Of a stretch of DNA of 8,147 nt, positions 6,459 to 8,147 are shown in pieces. Source of the DNA: a virus (taxonomy: Duplodnaviria; Heunggongvirae; Uroviricota; Caudoviricetes); IMG/VR virus record IMGVR_UViG_3300028996_000031; one strand, written 5' to 3'. The position numbers were made by a program, and so were the translations under genes. The notes below the pieces were generated by a model. The model worked only from the letters and a program-made list of their open reading frames with translations. It ran no database searches and was not told the DNA's origin. Positions within the stretch are counted from its first letter, which is position 1; each line of letters opens with the position of its first letter.

Positions 6459-6650
6459 TTATTCATCACTTTTGATTGATGTAGATGCTCTCTTTTCTGA
6501 CGTTAGTCTCCGACGGCAGGCTTCAATGACCCAGGCTGAGAAATTCCCGGACCCTTTTTGATCAAGAGCGATGTTAATTTGTTCAATCATTTGGTTAGGA
6601 AAGCGGATGTTGCGGGTTGTTGTTCTGCGGGTTCTGTTCTTCGTTGACAT
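6459..6650 (-). CDS. Ribbon-helix-helix (CopG/Arc/MetJ-like) DNA-binding protein (63 aa)
   Basis: Minus-strand ORF from ATG at 6650. Basic N-terminus (MSTKNRTRRTTTR) followed by NIRFPNQMIEQINIALDQKGSGNFSAWVIEACRRRL, the classic beta-strand/helix/G-x-S/N turn/helix RHH pattern. The track ORF extends to a GTG at 6779, which I consider less likely. Confidence 0.65.
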   Translation of the reverse strand: MSTKNRTRRTTTRNIRFPNQMIEQINIALDQKGSGNFSAWVIEACRRRLTSEKRASTSIKSDE

Positions 6651-6840
6651 GAGGTTGTCCCGTATTCTGTGTCGCTGATTTGTATTGTCTGAAGTTGTTT
6701 TTACGTTAAGTTGATGCGGATCAATTAATACGATACCTGCGTCATAATTGATTATTTGACGTGGTTTGATGGCGTACACGCACGTTGTGATATGTAGATG
6801 ATAATTATTATCATTTTGTGGGTCCTTTCCGGCGATCCGA

Positions 6841-6870
6841 CAGGTTACGGGGCGGCGACCTCGCGGTTTT
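6841..6870. other. Lambda-type cohesive end site (cosN); 12-nt cohesive end GGGCGGCGACCT at 6850-6861
   Basis: CAGGTTACG|GGGCGGCGACCT|CGCGGTTTTTCGCTATTTATGA matches, from memory, the junction of the lambda right end (...CGACAGGTTACG) and left end (GGGCGGCGACCTCGCGGGTTTTCGCTATTTATGAAAA). Lies about 215 bp upstream of the terminase small-subunit gene. Confidence 0.75.
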
Positions 6871-7077
6871 TCGCTATTTATGAGATTTTTTGAGGGGGTG
6901 GTTGTTGTTTAATTGTTTGGTATATCTAATTGATAAGTAAGGTGAAAATAAAATAAATACAACAACCTTACGATGTGCTTTGATGTCATTAATGTGAAAA
7001 AATTAAATGATATCAAATGGTTTTGTAAAAACACATGGTTGTTGTATCGCTTTTTATCGATGACTTATGGAGAGGAG

Positions 7078-7584
7078 ATGGCCTTTTTATTGAATAAAAG
7101 TGATATGGCCTCCTCCATCGGTATCTCTGTTCAGGCATTTGATAAATGGGGCGTTCCTCCTGTCGAGCGTCGGGGGAGGGAAGTTTTTTATGACGTTAAA
7201 ACTGTACTGGAGATAGATCGCGAGCGGCGACAACACAATCATAGAACACCTGATGACGGGGGCGATCTGGAGGAAAGGCTGCTTCGGGCCAGAGCTGAAC
7301 TGACAGAAGAACAGGCCGTAGCTCAAAAACTTAAAAATCAGGTAACCGAAGGTAAGCTCATCGATTCAGACTTCTGCGTTTTCGCCCTCAGCAAGCTGGC
7401 GATGGCATTGTCCAGTACGCTTGATTCTATTCCGTTATCCATGCAGCGACAGTTCCCGGATTTAACGCCACGTCATCTTGACCATCTGAAAACCCTTATT
7501 GCGAAGGGCGCAAATCAGTGTGCGCGGGCAGGGGATAAATTACCGGATTTGCTGGATGAATATATCAGAGCAACAACTGAATAA
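7078..7584 (+). CDS. nu1: Terminase small subunit (Nu1-like, 168 aa)
   Basis: ATG at 7078 preceded by GGAGAGG (5-nt spacing). The N-terminus LNKSDMASSIGISVQAFDKWGVPPV parallels the lambda Nu1 N-terminal DNA-binding segment (VNKKQLADIFGASIRTIQNWQEQGMPV), and the C-terminal half (FCVFALSKLA...SIPLSMQRQFPDL) also aligns by eye. The track ORF start at 6973 is treated as an artefactual extension. Confidence 0.85.
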   Translation: MAFLLNKSDMASSIGISVQAFDKWGVPPVERRGREVFYDVKTVLEIDRERRQHNHRTPDDGGDLEERLLRARAELTEEQAVAQKLKNQVTEGKLIDSDFCVFALSKLAMALSSTLDSIPLSMQRQFPDLTPRHLDHLKTLIAKGANQCARAGDKLPDLLDEYIRATTE

Positions 7585-8147
7585 TCTGATGGCTGCCGTT
7601 TCGGTTGCGCTGCAGCCTCTGGTCAGGGTTGTACCGATGACGGCAGTTGAATGGGCTGACCAGTATTATTATCTGCCGAAAGAATCCTCATACGGTGACG
7701 GCGAATGGAAAACGCTGCCGTTCCAGATCGCCATCATGAACAGTATGGGGAATGATCAGGTCCGCACTGTTAATCTGATTAAATCTGCCCGTGTTGGCTA
7801 TACAAAGATGTTGCTGGGGGTGGTCGGGTATTTTATTGAGCATAAATCCCGAAACAGTCTGCTTTTTCAGCCCACGGATTCTGCCGCTGAAGATTTTATG
7901 AAGTCTCACGTGGAGACGACGATTAGGGACGTGCCATGCCTGAAAGACCTTTCCCCATGGCTGGGTCGTAAACATCGTGATAATACCCTCACGCTGAAAC
8001 GCTTTTCATCGGGCGTCGGTTTCTGGTGCCTGGGCGGCGCTGCCGCCAAAAACTACCGTGAAAAATCCGTGGATGTGGTCTGCTATGACGAACTTTCCTC
8101 GTTCGAACCGGATGTTGAAAAAGAGGGTTCGCCAACCCTGCTGGGGG
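7556..8147 (+). CDS. A: Terminase large subunit (gpA-like), 3'-truncated by window edge
   Basis: ATG at 7556 overlaps the 3' end of nu1 as in lambda. Translation MNISEQQLNNLMAAVSVALQPLVRVVPMTAVEWADQYYYLPKESSYGDGEWKTLPFQIAIMNSMG...KSARVGYTKMLLG... closely parallels the lambda gpA N-terminus (MNISNSQ...TAVEWADANYYLPKESAYQEGRWETLPFQRAIMNAMG...), recalled from memory. Confidence 0.9.
   Translation, partial: MNISEQQLNNLMAAVSVALQPLVRVVPMTAVEWADQYYYLPKESSYGDGEWKTLPFQIAIMNSMGNDQVRTVNLIKSARVGYTKMLLGVVGYFIEHKSRNSLLFQPTDSAAEDFMKSHVETTIRDVPCLKDLSPWLGRKHRDNTLTLKRFSSGVGFWCLGGAAAKNYREKSVDVVCYDELSSFEPDVEKEGSPTLLG

Noticed and set aside
6651-6779. GTG-initiated 43-codon N-terminal extension of the RHH ORF
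   Set aside because: The RHH domain starts right after the internal ATG at 6650, and the extension would run into the cos-proximal region; a 63-aa product is typical for this fold.
6973-7077. Track start of the Nu1 ORF at 6973
   Set aside because: The extension lies in the AT-rich cosB region. Lambda Nu1 aligns from the ATG at 7078, which has a GGAG SD; the ATG at 7060 remains a possible alternative.
7087-7975. Minus-strand ORFs 7087..7326 and 7688..7975
   Set aside because: Antisense within the well-supported terminase genes.

Overview
This window reads as the right-arm late region of a cos-type lambdoid prophage (phage 21 / Qin-like) from an enterobacterium, with one late operon on the + strand. 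In order: the 3' end of a Q-like antiterminator with a tR'-like terminator; an AT-rich orphan gene on the minus strand; a tightly packed 4-tRNA array with its own promoter; a lysis cassette (S21-type pinholin, YdfR-like ORF, SAR endolysin, Rz with embedded Rz1); an AT-rich moron block (CspI-like cold-shock protein, a 76-aa ORF, a Gns-family gene, a 68-aa ORF); a minus-strand ribbon-helix-helix protein; a lambda-type cos site; terminase Nu1 and the start of terminase gpA. Four N-runs (624-650, 2903-2960, 4480-4489, 5538-5547) interrupt the sequence. The best candidates for something undescribed are the orphan gene at 602-1459, the atypical second tRNA, and a small antisense ORF with a strong ribosome-binding site inside the lysis cassette. 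All calls are from reading the sequence and recalled family knowledge; no searches were run.
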